Origin: Rhynchobatus australiae
Lineage: Eukaryota
Length of the DNA: 63,969 bases
Assembly (NCBI GenBank): GCA_034780895.1
Contig: JAUZTB010000135.1
Location: 85,977,930 to 86,041,898 of the forward strand
Direction of reading: 5' to 3'
In this document: piece after piece, positions 26,130-38,625 of the stretch
Numbering within the stretch: the first letter of the stretch is position 1
Layout of the letters: every line of letters begins with the position of its first letter
Program-made: the position numbers and the translations under genes
The notes under the pieces: model-generated
Told to the model about the DNA's origin: nothing
Seen by the model: the letters and a program-made list of their open reading frames with translations, nothing else
Database searches by the model: none

Positions 26130-26206
26130 CAGTAGAAAATGTTATCATGTGTTTGGAAAATGAATATTTTTTTCACATTGGCGTATTCGGAGCCTGCGTG
26201 TTCTGT
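26130..26206 (-). CDS. Candidate coding exon TEHAGSEYANVKKIFIFQTHDNIFY (runs into gap)
   Basis: Strong acceptor TTTCCCTCTCACTTCGTGTTTGCAG, open frame, retained CpGs, SxYxxV motif. Confidence 0.3.
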
Positions 26207-26859
26207 CTGCAAACACGAAGTGAGAGGGAAACTGTGAAAAAACTCATTATTATTCCACACAGTCGGGCACATCAATCAGTCACTGTGAAAATAAAATCAG
26301 AAAGGGAAGCATACTTATACCAAATCATAAATTAGACTGCCTTTAAATCAGTGAAATTTCAAACACTGGAGAACTAAACATCCTACTGAATTTATTTTCC
26401 TTAATTCATCAGGCAGGAAATTCCCATCTTGCCAAATAATTAATGTTCGGAAGGATTATGGAATGTGGGATTGTTGTTCCACAGCAGTCTTTCAACAGGT
26501 CCTGCAAGAGCCTTTTTCTTAAAATCAAAAATAAAGTGAATAAAATGCTTATTTTAAATGCAATGCAATATTTTCCTCAAAGTAACTCAGTTTGTTTCTT
26601 CACTGTAAGGTTTGTGTAACACTGTTACCATTCTCCTCCTGCTTTTACCTGATTGGATAGTTATATGAAGCATGAAGACCACAGCCTAAAAAAAACTCAG
26701 AATATGAACAGATTATAATCATGTAATTTGATTCTTCCACTACATTTATTTAAATGCCTGTTCCCTTCTGATGCTCAGGAATGAAAGATGCTGCAGCCAC
26801 AATGGATCACAGATCAGGTAAACATGCCTCTTGGAAATCAAAGACCAAAAAACAGAAAA

Positions 26860-26955
26860 GGCTTCACAGGTCAGGCCACATCTGTGGGAAGAGAAACAGA
26901 TTTAATGTTTCAGTAACAGCGATGACTCTGTTTCTCTTCCCACAGTTGTGCCTCA
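26860..26955. mobile_element. Small fold-back PLE-terminus derivative
   Basis: Perfect 19-bp inverted repeat 26882-26900 / 26927-26945. Confidence 0.75.
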
Positions 26956-27009
26956 TGATTGTTCACCCATCCATTTTCTTGAGCAAACAATTACAAGGAC
27001 GACCATCAA

Positions 27010-27200
27010 AAAACCGCAGATGCTGAAACTCTAAAATAAAAACCAAAAATTCTGGAAACACTCAGCAGGTCAGGCAGTATCTGTGGAAAGAGAAACAGAG
27101 TTAACGTTTCAGGCCTGATGAAGGGTCTCCAACTTGAAACATTACTTTTCACAGATGCTGCCTGACCTGCTGAGTGTTTCCAGCATTTTCTATTTTATAA
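27010..27200. mobile_element. Fold-back PLE-terminus derivative with hammerhead-like core in the loop
   Basis: Arms ~27052-27085 / 27150-27183 differ by one mismatch; CTGATGA..GAAA lies between them. Confidence 0.8.
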
Positions 27201-28081
27201 CAAAGAATAAAAGCCTGAATTCCTGATACTGAACAGAAATGGGTATTGATAATATGAGATGAAATTACTGAGTAGTTTAAAAAGAGACTAATCATGAGCA
27301 GTTAGCAAGGATCTGTAGAAGGCAGATCTTGTTTAACTAACTGATCACTATTAAGGAAATAGAAGTTTACACAATGGAAATAAAATGTATTTCTGCAGTT
27401 TCCTTCATACCCAAATTCTTCACGGCTAATATATTATTTTTGAAGTGCTTATTGCTGTCATTCTCTGCCTGACAAGCAACTTTGTCACAGTGAAATCCAT
27501 CAAAAAGGAAGGATGAGCTGCTTCGAGGGGTGTTGCTGGAGACATGACGTGTTTGCCAGAATACCAGGATACGTATTAGGAATGTAGGATCAGAATTAGT
27601 CTCGTGATCTGCTCCTTGTGTTACATTGTCACCTATCCGTTATTTCTGCTCCATTTAGTTGCCCTGCCTTTCTACAGATATTACTCTGGAATCTTTCACA
27701 TAACACATGAGCAGTTAACCTTGGATCTGGTTTAATGTCTTATCCAAAACATGCATTCCTGTTCAATGCTGGCCCCCTTCAATGTCCTAGCCAGACACTC
27801 AAGGTCCTGATTTCTTGCCTCAGCTGAAGATCAGATCTTTCCTCTGCCCTCTGGCCTTCATTAACCAGGATTCCCATCCTATGACCTGAACTCATCCGCT
27901 CGCTCTGCAATGGCTAAATGAGTGGATGAGAGGCCTGGGTGAGCAGAAACTTTGCATGGTCGACTCCACTGTGCAGGCAGCCTTGAGCTTTCTGCACAAT
28001 AGAGTGTTGTGGTGGGGAGCAGGGGTCATGCACAAAACATGCCATTTAATGGGTGAAATCTTTGTACTTTTTACCCAATAC

Positions 28082-28239
28082 CATGCCAACTGTATGTGAA
28101 CTCCAATGCTGCATAACCCCGAGAGGCGGCGTGAAATCCCCAACTGGAAAGAGAGAGCCATCAACTCCATTTCCCGGTCTTTCTTGCTCATCCACGTCAC
28201 TCAGAGGAAAAGTGTGTTGGGACTGACTTGAGTCCGTAA
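28082..28239 (-). CDS. Candidate internal coding exon (phase 1 to 0)
   Basis: Acceptor CTCGTTTCTTTTTGCTTTAG, donor ATG|GTATTG, single open frame TDSSQSQHTFPLSDVDEQERPG...SHTVGM, CpGs retained. Confidence 0.3.
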
Positions 28240-29035
28240 CTAAAGCAAAAAGAAACGAGTGATGCAAAATTACGCAGAAAGTAGCCTGAAGTTCTTTTGC
28301 AGAGCACAAGTGATTTTGTGTGTTGTCCAAAGCAATGTGAACAAAGACCTGATTACTAAGTTCAATAAGATAGTCGCTGCCTGATTTGCAAAGGTTATGA
28401 AATTGGTCCCATGTGCGCGTGGTGCTCTGATGCAAAGAAGAGCCCAGATATGGGCTGTAGCATCATTCGAGGTAGGTGTTCTGATACCAGCTCTGGAAAA
28501 TTCGGTTGTACATGTATGGATCACAAATGGCTCAATGCACGTGTGGTTTGCCCCAGCATAACTCAAAAGGAGACAAAGAGTCCATAGCTGGAATTGCCTA
28601 TATCTTTGGCTCCTTAAAGCACTCTTCTTACCCCAAAGTGCAGTTTCCATCTGATTCCTAATTACAATATCCAGGGCCACAACCACACCTCCATCTTTTC
28701 ACCAATGCCCTGTCCTGATTCCCCGCCTCACCTCATCTGAAACTCAAACCGTTTCCCCCACCCAACAGGCCTTTCTTCAGTGTGACTCCGGCCCTGTGAC
28801 TCAATGACCTGCAGCCTACCCAAGTTACTCTACTCCATTCCAAACTAATGAAGGAGCCCTGCAAGGGAAAAGGATGGCTGTATTCAAAACCAGAGTGAGA
28901 AAATCAAACAAACTGTAGATGCGGGAACTCTAAAATAGAAAGAGAAAATGCTGGGAGTAATCAGGCCGCATCTGTGGGAAGAGAAACAGTTAATGTTTCA
29001 AGTGCAAGTGAATCGCAAGTGATGCAAGGGTAACT

Positions 29036-29336
29036 CGGTGGTGTAGCGGTGAGCGTGATGCTATTACAGCGCCAGCGACCAGAGTTCAATTCCGGCTGCT
29101 GTCTGTAAGGAGTTTGTACTTTCTCCCCGTGTCTGTGTGGGTTTCTTCCGGGTGCTCCGGTTTCCTCCAACATTCCAAACACGTACGGTCTAGGAGCTGT
29201 GGGCATGCTATGTTGGTGCTGGAAGCGTGGCGACACTTGCGGGCTGCCCCCAGAACACTCTACACAAAAGATGTATTTCACTGTGCGTTTCGATGTACAT
29301 GTGACTAATAAAAAATATCCTATCGTATCTTATCTG
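29036..29336 (+). mobile_element. V-domain SINE nested in a fold-back PLE derivative (~28905-29390)
   Basis: Full-length SINE with PLE arms on both sides. Confidence 0.9.
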
Positions 29337-29659
29337 ACATGCTCAGTATTTCCAGCGTGTTCTGTATTTATTTCAAAACAAGAGTGATTAGAACAACATA
29401 ACAATTCTTCTCTGGATGGCAATGTTATCTTGTTTCACATTACCATGATAATTGTATCAATTTAATAATGATTTGTGGTATATTAGAACTAAATAATTGT
29501 AAATCTTTAAGGAGGTTAGAAACACAGGCTGATTTCTCATGCCACTGATCAGCAATAGTCTAAGTTAGGGACATGGTGGCAACTTGTAGTCGCAGGTAGC
29601 TGCTGCTTAGTTACCAGTGTGGAAGTGATTTCCAGAAGTCAATTAGACAAAAATCATTA

Positions 29660-29981
29660 CTGGCCGTCCCTTGTTAATGAACGGGTTCTGATTTAACAGA
29701 CGTCCATAAGTCAATTTTGTCTGTAAGTCATAAAATACACAAAAATCACTCGCTATGGCAACCACACCTCCACAGTATTGTAATGATTGGAATCAAAAGC
29801 ACATAAGACCGATAAGAAAGAACAATTACTAACAGTGGAGAGAGAGAGGAAACTAGTTCTGCCGTTCGTAAGGACAAGCGTATGTACGTCTGTTGGACTT
29901 TAGAATTTAATAATATTATGGGACCACATTTATATGTACGGGTATCGATAAGTCAGGCATTTGTAAACCAGGGAGGTCCTG
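29660..29981. mobile_element. Tigger/pogo-like MITE
   Basis: TA flanks and imperfect TIRs CTGGCCGTCCCTTGTT / AACCAGGGAGGTCCTG. Confidence 0.7.
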
Positions 29982-30269
29982 TACTGGAGCCTTGTTGGTG
30001 AAATAAGCTTTGTCGTTTTCTCATTATCACAAAGAAAACGATAGCAGTACGAGTTTTGAGCCAAGCCGCTCATAATATTCAAGCTGCCAATTATCATGCC
30101 TCCAACAACAATGACCATCCTCCTTCCTGTGAGGAATGACTCCAACAATTATTCCGGTTTATCTGAGTGAGCTTTATTCAGATGTGTAGTTAAAAGAATA
30201 ACTACGCTTATGGGCTGTGGCATACATGATGTGCTATCTGTGGCCATGAAACATCTGGAAATCTGGTGT

Positions 30270-30670
30270 ATGGTAGTATCATGATTACATTATTGAAGTA
30301 TTCTGGAAACATGGACTCATTCCACTATGCCAGTGTCATTCAGTTAATTACGACTGGCCTAGTAACAGTGACCTTGAAACAATAATAACAACAATAAAAA
30401 ATGTCATCTAAACCAGCCTGCTTCATGATTGAATGTTAGGGAAGAAAATCTGCTTTACTTACCCGATCTGACTTACATGTGACTCCAAACTCTTTGGAGT
30501 GTGGATAACACTTAACTGAAATTTGAGGAGGCCTAGCAAGCCACTGAGTTGTGCCAATCGCCTGTGAGAGTTTAAAGAAGATGGCTCGACACAACTTTCT
30601 GAGGACAATTAGGGTTGGGCCATAAACGTTGACCCTTCCATCAAAGTCCACACTCAGAATGACCAAAAAA
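30270..30670 (+). mobile_element. Ancient SINE with CR1-group tail
   Basis: TAGGGAAGAAAATCTGC..TACATGTGACTCCA core, also seen at ~15285-15440. Confidence 0.55.
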
Positions 30671-31529
30671 AAATTATTGAGAAAATGACTCTCTTTCTAC
30701 TCATAAAATTGCCAAACTGCTGATGAGAAGCATGGATGGAAATGTGATTGGAATCTACCATCTTGCATCCGGAAACATTTTGCATATATTTCTAAAGCTT
30801 TTTTCTCTCTCTTTTTATCTCTCTGCTCACAGGGAATGAGCTCTGTACTTCCTTGGTTAGAGAGCCCCATTTACTTCCCTGATACAAGAAGTATGAGCAA
30901 GAACATGTCACTGATCCCCTTCACTGCACTATGGAAAGAGTCCATGGCATAAAAGATAAGAGCTACATCATCCTTGACAACCACAGGCAATGTGGCTTCC
31001 GTGCTGTTGTAGCCACCTCTGTAACATACCTTGGAAACAATCTCCTTTGACTGCTGCACTATTTCTCACAGAAGTGGAAGGAGGCAGGTTGAACTGAGAG
31101 TGCAACAGTCCAGCTGGTTTGGTAAATTCAGAGGAATTATTTTCTACTTCCAGCAGCTCACAAATAGAATTATAAGAGACCTGTGGACACCATATTTCTC
31201 CACCTAGTGCTGCCCTAAAATGGCAATTTTCCTTTGTTAATGCTGGCTAATATGTTGTAAATAAGGACTGTTGCACATCAGACCAGTAAGGGGGGAAAAT
31301 CATACCAATGAGCAAATTTGGGTGATATCTAGTAGAGTTTTTGGTGATACCTAGTAGAGTTTTACAACCAGAACAAAAGCTTCCAGCAGTAGAAAACTCC
31401 TGCTGGAAAGTCAGGGGTCTAATTTCCTGCTGGGTAGAAAGAGGGCCAGAAATAGGGGCACCATTGCTTGACTGCAGGTTTAGCCCATTTTCAACTCAAC
31501 AACACTGTGTCCTTTTAGAAATTTGCAAA

Positions 31530-32735
31530 GGAATTTCTAGGCCACTGTGAAATATTCAAGTCTGCTGACAATACAGTGGTAGGCAGGAATATGAGGGGTG
31601 AGGAGAACACAAAGATACAACTGGATACAAGACATGAGAAGTGAATGGGCAAGAATGTGGTCCATAGGAGTATAATGTCAGAGAAGGTGAGGTTATTCAC
31701 TTGGGCAGGAAATGTAGAGAAATAGATTTTTATTTAATGTTGAGTAACTAGTTGACTGTAGAAAATAATTGGTGCATTTGTTAATGAAATGCATAAAGTA
31801 GATATACAGGTGCAGAAAACAATAAGAAATGTAGTTATATTTTGGCCTTTATTGCTGAGGACTGGAGTACAAGAGTTATGAGGTCTTCTGCAGTTGGTCT
31901 GGATCTTAGTGAGACCAAAACTGAGTGCAGTTTTGGTTGCTGTGTTTAGGAATGATATACATGCAGTCTCTGTGTTACATAAGGTTTTGCTCCTGAGGAC
32001 TATCCATAAGCCAATTACTCAGTAAGTCAAAATGTCCATTTTCTATAGTGACCCATATCACATCGCTCTACATACATTTGTTATAATTCTTTCATTTCAC
32101 CAAATATTCACCCTAACACTACCCATAATTAAACAAATCGAATATGTACTGTATCCAGTCATTAAGGAATACAGTAAATTATTATAATCAGCTTGAAAAA
32201 TGCTTTAAAGTTGTATGGGAGAATTTGCATACAGTTGGATTTCCTTAAATCAGATCACGAATAACCCTGAGAGCCCCAGTACTTGGCTCGGAGGCAGGGC
32301 ACCTGTTTCACAGGATTGATTTGTTTGAATGAAGGGATGTTGAATAAGATCATCCTCTACAGGCTGGAAGTTAGAAGAATGAGAGCTGATCACTTTGAGA
32401 CATAGACATTTCTGAAAGGGATTGGCAGGCTGTTTCTTCAGTCTGGAGAATCTGGAACTACGGTGCAGAGTTTCAGGAAAAGGTCCAATCATTTTGGATT
32501 AAGGTGAAGAGAAACCTATGCAGAGCATTTTAAATCTTCAGAATTCTCTACCACGGAAGTCTGGATACTCAGTGGCCCAGTGTATTAGGGACTGGGATCA
32601 ATACATTTTTTGACACCGAGGGAATCAAGGGGCATTTGGATCAAATGAGGATGATTTAGCATGATCTTATTAAATGGTGGAGTAGAGTTGAGGTGGCATA
32701 TGGTCTACTCCTGCTTCTTTCTCTTTGTGTTGTTA
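31530..32735 (+). mobile_element. Old CR1 3' fragment
   Basis: Decayed RT C-terminus and TACTCCTGCT tail. Confidence 0.7.
31960..32279. mobile_element. Tigger/pogo-like MITE nested in CR1
   Basis: Interrupts CR1 at a TA dinucleotide (GATATA|CTTG) with degenerate TIRs. Confidence 0.55.
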
Positions 32736-33599
32736 TGGTCAGTTAGATCACACGTTGTTCTCTAATAGCAATGCTGGTACATTAAAAATGTGCTGCTTCA
32801 TATATTTCATGTGCAGTTTAAAGTACCTTCAAAAGCATCATCTGGAAAACCGGAAAGATAATTAGCATTAAGTGGATAACACTTATCAGCATTGTACATA
32901 TCAGCTGGCATTCCCTCCTGCAGTCTGTTATCCAAGTTCAAGGTATTGCTGTAAAACATAATGGGTCACATTTTTGCTCAGTATTTCTGGGGGCGCCAGA
33001 GTGGAACATTAATTAGAAAATTGTCATTTCATGACGTATTTTATAGATGGCTGATTGTTTCTATAAAGCTGTCATATCAGAATCCACTCCTTTCTGACAG
33101 AAATTCTGCAGCTCTTCAGATTCATAACAAGTGCCCTTACATGTGGAGCAAAGTTGAAACTACATTGGAGCTCCCAGTGCCTCAGGAAATAACGTAACTC
33201 GGAGCTGCAAGACTTATGTCAATCCCATGGTGCGTGGCCACGACTTGAATTATTGAGTTGCAGTATCATGTTGTGTTCTTTGCAATGCTGCTTTTAGTAT
33301 TGGTCTACTGGTAGAATTCTGAGGGGAGACCCATAAGATATTCTTATTAGTAATCTTCTTCAGCATATCCTGACTTTTAGCCTCTGATTGAGATCAGTAT
33401 AAATGATCTTAGAAAGCTGGAGGAACATTCTACCTTAATCAGTATTCCAGCTTAATAAAATTACGAATTTCTTATAAGCTTAATAATATCTGGTTAAAAG
33501 ACTGAATGTATAAAAACACTGATTTCATGAACCCATCAAAGGCATTGATCAAAAGCATTGAACTCAAAGACACATCTGTATTTGAATTTGTCTCCTCCA

Positions 33600-34131
33600 T
33601 GGATCGTCAACGTCGTGGTGGAGAAGCTTGTGTGGTCCTGAGATCCTGAGAGCAGTGCCGTCTGGGGCATCCAACCAAGCCCTCAGCGGTGGAACAGGCG
33701 GACGAAGTTATTTCGAACTCAACGGCTGGGAAGGCGGATGAAGGCTGCAACAAACTCCATCAGCTCCAATTGTCGTGGTTTCCATGCCATTGGAATCAGT
33801 TGGTCAATTTGTGAAGTATCGTGTGCTTTTTGTAGTGCAACATCAAGTACATTTTAAACCAATACACACACAGGCGTCTTCCCTCTGTGGGCAGCAAAGA
33901 CCATCANNNNNNNNNNNNNNNNNNNNNNNNNNNNNNNNNNNNNNNNNNNNNNNNNNNNNNNNNNNNNNNNNNNNNNNNNNNNNNNNNNNNNNNNNNNNNN
34001 NNNNNNGTATCGTGTGCTTTTTGTAGTGCAACATCAAGTACATGTTAAACCAATACACACACAGGCGTCTTCCCTCTGTGGGCAGCAAAGACCATCATCC
34101 TTGACCTCGAGGCGTAGCCACCACCACCACG
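33600..34131 (+). mobile_element. Short non-autonomous RTE-derived element
   Basis: 5' GTCGTGGTGGAGAAGCTTG..GATCCTGAGAGC resembles RTE (Rex3/BovB-like) 5' ends; (CAC)n tail; no ORF; ~340 bp after removing the gap duplication. Confidence 0.6.
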
Positions 34132-34769
34132 GTCCTGTCCAAATTTAAAACTGATTATTGCCATTGCTTTCTCTTCCAGTGCTCTTAAAGACCAAACATT
34201 GAGACAACCTTCTCCAAAGGACAGCCATTAACATGTATAACAGAATCATGAATCATTCAGATGTACAGCACAGAGGGATGACATTCAGCCCCTTGAATTC
34301 ATCCTGGCCATCAAAGAGCCATCCAGCTTCCAGCTCTTGGTTTGTAACTTTGCAGGTTATGTCACTTCAAATATTCATCTGCCCGTTTCATTATGACGAT
34401 GGTGTCTGCATAGACCACCTATTGGGTAGTGACTTCCAGATCTCCACCCTCCTTTTGGTGAAAAGCTTCTGCTCGACCCCCCCCCTCCCTGGTTACATCC
34501 CTAGTAATCATTTTTATTTTCCATTCATTAAATCTTGGAAGGACCAAATCCATCAATTTCAGTCCAAGTCACAAACACTGCTCCCTATGAACAGATTTCA
34601 TCCCCTGCAACCCCCACTCCCCCACCCCCATCCCATGGCAATTGACTGTATTTGAACAAGACTGTTCACCACAATGCTGGGTTGGGCTTTGAACCATATG
34701 TTTGTGTCACTGATGCTGCTTGACCCGCTGAGTTCCTCCAGCAGTGTCTTTTACACACGTCTGCGCAGT

Positions 34770-35330
34770 TGTTATGGCTACTTCTGCCTCCATAACAACA
34801 CTGAACTCAGTTTGACTATTCCAGTGCACTAGTAGGTTGTACTCTAATCTCTATAAACTAGAAACCTTCCAAAACTCTGCTACATTGATGCCAAGTCCCA
34901 TTCACCATCGCCCCATTATTGCTGATCTATTGGACTTTTGGTTAAGTAACATTTTCATTGTAAAATTCTCTTTGTGTTTTCAAAGACCTTCCAGGTCTCA
35001 CTCTTCCCATCTCTGCAACCTCTGTGAGCCCTATCCATGTATATCCAAGGCATCAATGTTCCTTCAGTTCTGGTTGTTTTCATATCTCTGATTTTAATTG
35101 CTCTGCTATTAATGTGCTGCCAAGTTTTAAGTTCTGCAAAGCCCTTCCTCAACCTCCCCAGTTCTATATTTCTTTTCTCTTTAAAAACTGTCTCTTTGAC
35201 CTCTTAGTCTAAACATCTTGAGAGGCTTGGTATTCAATCTCTTCTTTGGTAAAGTTCCAATATGGGACTTGGTGTCATTTTTGGTCTGTTAGAGTTGCTT
35301 TGTGAATGGAAGTTATTGTTGTTGTAGATG
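34770..35330 (+). mobile_element. L2 LINE 3' fragment
   Basis: FDYSSAL..KLETFQNSA remnants and a GTTGTTG tail; a second, weaker copy at ~35760-36080. Confidence 0.7.
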
Positions 35331-36824
35331 CTTTTGTGCTCTAATTGTTGATTGGTCAGCCAAGGTAAACAGAGAATTGTGGTGGAGAAAGAAGAGAGTT
35401 AATTGGCCACAGGTATCTCCAGATAATGTTGCCACAATCACTTAGGGTCAATGGAAAAAGCATTAGTAATTGTGGATGGAAGGGAGTAAAGACCTAGACT
35501 GTTGTTATCTCACCGTGCAGGTATGCATTATAAGATCTAAGATACTTAACATGAGTATTATCAAGAAATACTTGTTGCAGGGACAAAAAACTTGGTATCA
35601 CATGACAGACTCCAACACAGTACTGTTTTTGCTTGCTCTGGGGATACCCATGTACTTCTCAATAAGTTACTTGCCCTGTTATGCACTTCAAAGCAATTGT
35701 CTTTCTAGTGGGGTCCTTGAACCTCAGGATTCTTGACCGCTAGATGGCTAGATGGCTCACCCACTTGGCTCGTCCTCCACCATCTTTATTCCATCCAGAC
35801 TGCACCATTCCACAGTTCTCCAGGCTAAATTAACTTGCATATTCCAAACCTGAACTGATCCAAAATCCTGCTGCCTGTGGCTCAGCACATTCTGTTAATG
35901 TACCCCCATTGTATTCACTAACCTCCATCAGTTCCTGATCAAGCAAGATCCAGGGACTCACTTCTCCCCATTTCTGTAATAGCTTTTAATCATACAACTC
36001 CCCAAGATATCTGCAATTCTACACTGTGACCTTGCACAAACTGATTTTAATTCCGATATTGGCAACTGGGCATCAATTGTGGAATTTAATGAATTGTTTG
36101 CCGCACTGGTTCATCTGCATTTATGTTGCTGGCTTTGTTAAATTTTGAGTGATATGTGTTTGACGCCATTCCAGAAAAGCCGAAGGAGATGTTTTACCTC
36201 AGCAAAGTAATATAATGGCAGGCTTTTGTTGTAAATGTGTACTTGGTCCCTCTTAACGATATCTGCATCCATGTGTTGTTTTCTTTATGTTCCACTTTTC
36301 TAACATAGGAGAGCAAAATATTTGATAGCATCAAAAGATGTTCATCATTTCTGTTTCATGAACCATTTCAGGCCTTCTTTCAACTTCCAGCTCAAGCCTT
36401 TCATTGCATGCAGCACTTTTAACAGCAAAGTTGAATCCTTGCCCCAGAGAATTAGGAATGAGGAAATGTTGCACTGTCAGAATTACTATTTGTAGGAAGG
36501 ACTTTCTTTCAGGACTTTCAATTGAACTCTGTTCTGTTGGTGCAAAAACTTTCAGTCAAGAAAGATCAGTGAACTCTTTCCACCAGTCCTCTCTTTGTTA
36601 ACACAATTAAAATGAAATGTAAATCTTTTTTTTATGTGTTCAAACTAGCCGAGGTTATTTCACAATATTAAGTGTACTTCAAACAATCTGTTGATTTTTG
36701 GAACATCCTGCAGATGTGAAAAAGTATACATGAAGGCAGAATATGTCCTTCTTACAAAATGCGTATGTTGTACATTGCCAAAGATATCGCCATATTATTT
36801 CTTACATTCTAACCTCTCCACACC

Positions 36825-37125
36825 ACCTGGTTCAAGAACAACTACCTCCCTTCAACCATCTGGTTCCTGAACCAACTTGCACAACCCTAATCACTACCTC
36901 AGTATAGCAATACACTGACCACCTTGCACTTCGATGGACTTTGTTTTTTTTGTTCTATTTGTGCTCTTTCTTGTATAATTTTGTATATGTTGGATTTATG
37001 CATTTCTTGTGAATGTTGGTTCTCTGATGCTATGTGCCTGTGATGCTGCTGCATGCAAGTTTTTCATTGCACCTGTGCATAGATGTACTAATGCATATGA
37101 CAATAAACTCACCTTTGACTTTGAA
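36825..37125 (+). mobile_element. Rex1/Babar-type 3' end
   Basis: TTWFKNNYLPSTIWFLN remnant, GACAATAAA and TTTGAC repeats. Confidence 0.75.
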
Positions 37126-37672
37126 GTTACATTACTTAAACAATTGTTATTTCTTGGAAAATCTGAGACAGATTTATCCATTGTTATTTGTTGAAACCTT
37201 GAGAAGAGAATCCTCTACAATGCATGTGAATGCCAGGTAATCAAGTAGTATCAGCTGCAGAACAATTAAATAAAAACAGAATAATGTGTAATTATGCCAT
37301 AAACTAATTGTTGCTGTTAAAATTAATGTGCAATAACAGAGGAATAGGACAGCATCCAAAGATAGGGAATTGAAATTTCATTTGTTCAAGATTGAGGTAA
37401 AGCAAGAGTTTTCCCCAATTTTGTCTGATTGCTCATCCACTATACCTGCCATAACCACCCACTGAGTAATACCTGTGAATAATTACTAGGAAGGCCATGA
37501 GCCTAAGCTTGATGTCTGCATGGGTTGAGCTGACCCAATGATGGTAGCTTGCCCCAAGTATGCACCAGCATGCTGAGGTCATCATTGTACAGTTCGATGA
37601 GTAGTACCACTTCGTAACTGTGCATTTCTCCAGTTGGATGGCACCTTGAGCAATATGACCAATTTTGTTCAC

Positions 37673-37748
37673 CAAGAAACAAAGATAGTTTTGAGATTAT
37701 GAAGACAGTGCAGAGAATAGCTATGATACTGATCCCATTGTCAGGGGT
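37673..37748 (-). CDS. Candidate transmembrane exon TPDNGISIIAILCTVFIISKLSLFL
   Basis: Acceptor TTGCTTCGTTGTATCTCAG, weak donor G|GTGAAC, 20-aa hydrophobic run containing a Lys. Confidence 0.2.
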
Positions 37749-38299
37749 CTGAGATACAACGAAGCAATGCAGATGCTCAATTTTCTCTTTAAAAAGCACC
37801 TGAGAGGTATTCTTACATGAATGGTTTGGAACAGGTTAACCGAAAATATTAATTTGAAAGGAATTCTTGAATAGACAGAAAAAATCCTTGAATCATGTAA
37901 AATATTTAAAGCAGCACTTGAGTGTGGGATGGTGGAAGAGAGGAGGGAGTGTGGAGTGTTCTGGTTCATGGCCCCAAAGTCTTTCTTCAAGTATTTGTCA
38001 CGTTGTGAAAATGAAAAATAACTTCTTTTAAAGGGCAAAATAAACTGTGGCTCTTATTAGTCTTTGATACATTAATGCAAGTTCTTTCATCTTAAAATGT
38101 AAGAAAATAAACATAAAATTAGTAAATGCACATAATGTGAAAACTTACTGTATTTTTCAAACTTGGTTTTTGACCATTTGATATGCTTCAATCAGTATCT
38201 AAACTTCTAAAACTGGACTGAAAGTATAGCTACAGATTATGGTGGCAGTCTCTAAACTAATCAGAAAGTGTATGAGAATAAAGATTTTTTTATTATTAA

Positions 38300-38625
38300 A
38301 TTTGGCTCAGTCGTAGCACTTTCACTTTTACATCAGAATACCATGAGGTTACACTCCATCCCAGCGTATAATCTTAACTGATGTTTCACTGCAATATAGG
38401 ATTACAATCAACCAAGTCCCTCTTATCTCTCTCAGGTAGAAATGACAAATCCCATTAATATCTGGTTTAGTTGCTGTCTGTGAGAAATCTGCTGTGTGCA
38501 AATTGAGCATTGCATCTTCCCGATTTACAATGGTGACTACAATTCAAAAGTATTTTCTTGACTCTAAGTTACTTTTGGATGTCTTGAGATGATAAAAGAT
38601 GTTGGATAAAGAAGTCTTTTCCTTA
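38300..38625 (+). mobile_element. Ancient Deu-type SINE
   Basis: TGGCTCAGTCGTAGCAC head and GCTGTGTGCAAATTG..TACAATGGTGACTACA tail. Confidence 0.55.

Noticed and set aside
31321-31362. 22-bp tandem duplication (and a 19-bp one at ~44622-44660)
   Set aside because: Ordinary slippage duplications; not CRISPR-like
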